A stretch of 63,693 nt of DNA, the filler included, from Lama guanicoe (taxonomy: Eukaryota), in the NCBI GenBank assembly GCA_013239625.1. It is 190 parts of 190 records of this genome, joined end to end, with 100 filler letters (N's around TTAATTAATTAA, not from the genome) between each part and the next. Parts side by side here need not be neighbours in the genome. Positions count along the whole stretch, not along the records: positions 61,442 to 61,677 come from PNXV01045359.1; positions 61,778 to 62,013 come from PNXV01045360.1; positions 62,114 to 62,349 come from PNXV01045361.1; positions 62,450 to 62,685 come from PNXV01045362.1; positions 62,786 to 63,021 come from PNXV01045363.1; positions 63,122 to 63,357 come from PNXV01045364.1; positions 63,458 to 63,693 come from PNXV01045365.1; 183 more parts are not named here. The stretch is one strand, 5' to 3'. A program made the translations under genes and the position numbers. Within the stretch, counting starts at the first letter, position 1. Each line of letters starts with the position of its first letter. The notes under the pieces are model-generated. The model saw only the letters and a program-made list of their open reading frames with translations. It did not search any database and was not told the origin of the DNA. Of the stretch, positions 61,342 to 63,693 are shown in pieces.

Positions 61342-63121
61342 NNNNNNNNNNNNNNNNNNNNNNNNNNNNNNNNNNNNNNNNNNNNTTAATTAATTAANNN
61401 NNNNNNNNNNNNNNNNNNNNNNNNNNNNNNNNNNNNNNNNNAACCCGTAGCCTCCCTTTCCTCACCTGTCAAACGGGGCTGATGACAGATGCCCACCTGT
61501 GCTGCTGGCGCGTGAACGAGAGCTTGGCCAGCCATGGAATCAGGAGGTGAGCTGGGGAGCAATGCTGGAGGGTGATGTCCGAGGTCACGCCCTCATTCTT
61601 TCCCCCTTGGAGTCACTGTGCCCTTCATTTGCCTGGGGCTCCCAGGAAGATCGTGGGAAGATTCTAACCTTGTTACCNNNNNNNNNNNNNNNNNNNNNNN
61701 NNNNNNNNNNNNNNNNNNNNNTTAATTAATTAANNNNNNNNNNNNNNNNNNNNNNNNNNNNNNNNNNNNNNNNNNNNTTAATCAGAGGGTTAAAGTTAGA
61801 ATTTGTGGCCTCGTTCAATAGCGAACATTTTTGTAACGACGGTTACATCTTTAAAACTAGGACAGTTTTCAAGTGACCCATGAAGGATGCTTGAGGTGAA
61901 TCTGTGTATTGTCTTACTAAATTTCATTTGTTCATTATTGTTTCATTTTCTCCAGTTTTATTGAGATAAGTTGACAAACATCTTACGAAAATTAATAAAG
62001 CATCCAATAGACANNNNNNNNNNNNNNNNNNNNNNNNNNNNNNNNNNNNNNNNNNNNTTAATTAATTAANNNNNNNNNNNNNNNNNNNNNNNNNNNNNNN
62101 NNNNNNNNNNNNNCCTTTTACATTTTTGGCTTTTGTAATTTATATCTTAGTCCTTTTTTTCTTTTTTTTCCCCTAGTCACACTGGCGAAACAATAATACA
62201 TTTTATTGATCTCCTTAAAGAAACAGTTTTTAGTTTCGTTAACTTTCCCCCTATGTTTTTCTGTTTTCTACTTGATTGATTTCTCCTCCCAACTTTGGTC
62301 TACTGTTGTGTTAATGTAGCGTAGGCTTTTCCCAGAATGCACCTCAAAANNNNNNNNNNNNNNNNNNNNNNNNNNNNNNNNNNNNNNNNNNNNTTAATTA
62401 ATTAANNNNNNNNNNNNNNNNNNNNNNNNNNNNNNNNNNNNNNNNNNNNAGTGGGAACCTGAGGTTGTGGAACCGGTCAGGCAGGGCGGCCAGGCCACCT
62501 TCCCTCACCTTCCCTCTCCTTCCCCCGAAAGATTAAAGGCTCTGTGGCACGTGGGTGGACCAGTTCAGCCGCCAGAACCAGAGCATTCTGAAAAGCAACC
62601 CTATTCATGGACGTTGGCGAAAGCCCCAGACCGGTAGGGGCCAGGACAAGCCGGCTCCTTTCTCTCCTGGCCGGAGGTGTAAAACNNNNNNNNNNNNNNN
62701 NNNNNNNNNNNNNNNNNNNNNNNNNNNNNTTAATTAATTAANNNNNNNNNNNNNNNNNNNNNNNNNNNNNNNNNNNNNNNNNNNNGCACGAGGACTTCCA
62801 AAAGTTGGTACCAGTCCAGAGGGCGGTCTGCACATGGCTCCAACTTTTTGAACGTGTATTTTATCCACTATGCCAATGGCAAGACTTGCGTTATGAAATA
62901 AACAAACAATGGTGCAAGGAAAAAAGGAAAACCTGTGTGCATGGCTGCAGGTGAAGACCCAGGATGGACATGGAACCCGGATTGGAGGCAAGGATTAGCT
63001 CGGCAGGTGCGGGGGTTCTTANNNNNNNNNNNNNNNNNNNNNNNNNNNNNNNNNNNNNNNNNNNNTTAATTAATTAANNNNNNNNNNNNNNNNNNNNNNN
63101 NNNNNNNNNNNNNNNNNNNNN

Positions 63122-63357
63122 TGCTGAAGAGACTGTCTTTTTTCTATTGTATATTCTTGCCTCCTTTGTCAAAGATTAATTGATCATAGGTCTGTGGGCT
63201 AAATTATTTCTGGGCTCTCTATTCTGGGCCATTGATTCATATGTCTGTTTTTATGTCGATACCACATTGAATGCTGTAGCTCTGTAGTATTGTCTGAAGT
63301 CTGGGAGAGTTATTCTTCCAGCTTTGTTCTTTTTCTTCAATATTGCTTTGGCAATTC
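63122..63357 (-). mobile_element. L1 ORF2 fragment
   Basis: tgctgaagagactgtc...ttgcctcctttgtcaaagattaattga...tctgaagtctgggagagttattcttccagctttgttc. Confidence 0.95.
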
Positions 63358-63693
63358 NNNNNNNNNNNNNNNNNNNNNNNNNNNNNNNNNNNNNNNNNNN
63401 NTTAATTAATTAANNNNNNNNNNNNNNNNNNNNNNNNNNNNNNNNNNNNNNNNNNNNCTGCCCAGGCTTCTCCCCTGGCTCTCACCCCCCAGACCATCTG
63501 CCAGCTTGCAACACTTGGGCCACAGGAAACTCTGGGACTGTCCAGGGTTGGGCTGCCATCACCACAATCAGATACACACACAGTCCCACACATATACTGA
63601 GACATACACAGATATCCAGGGAAACAGGCAGACACTCTGTTGAATCTAACAGGCTGAGAGACAGTCATGCATGCACCAACACAAGCTAGGATG

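Noticed and set aside
236..63457. Regularly spaced identical 12-mer with unique intervening sequence, superficially a CRISPR-like array or PacI-site/homeodomain-site array
   Set aside because: Each copy is embedded in exactly 44+44 Ns and is a six-frame stop linker. The intervening sequences are mammalian contigs sorted by length, and there are no cas genes.
619..63668. Most ORFs in the supplied track, including the shared C-terminal 'LIN' motif
   Set aside because: They reach the length threshold only by reading through Ns and end in the linker (TTA ATT AAT TAA = L-I-N-stop).

Overview
This window is not continuous genomic DNA. It is an artificial concatenation of about 190 unrelated short contigs (234-236 bp, ordered by increasing length), each joined to the next by a fixed 100-bp spacer: N44-TTAATTAATTAA-N44, a palindrome with stops in all six frames. 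About 30% of the window is spacer, neighbouring contigs have no biological adjacency, and nearly all ORFs in the supplied track (those ending in XXX...LIN or N) are artefacts. The real sequence is placental-mammal DNA. A tRNA-derived SINE fragment resembling camelid Vic-1 and artiodactyl-type L1 3' ends suggest a camelid. Most contigs are interspersed-repeat fragments (L1, L2, MIR, MaLR/ERV LTRs, MER20, MER53, MER33, Charlie1, Tigger1), simple repeats, a 7-bp-periodic satellite, or anonymous sequence. Recognisable gene fragments are COL18A1 short-isoform exons 1-2 (with GTG where ATG is expected), an OR2A-type olfactory receptor segment, an ARHGAP20-like coding segment and a 27-nt butyrophilin-like micro-exon. 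There are also a few well-formed but unassigned exons. Two adjacent contig pairs look like the two arms of de Bruijn graph bubbles with 49-bp shared flanks. I find no support for a novel multi-gene system, and none could be inferred from this layout. All family assignments come from recalled consensus or protein sequences, not database searches.
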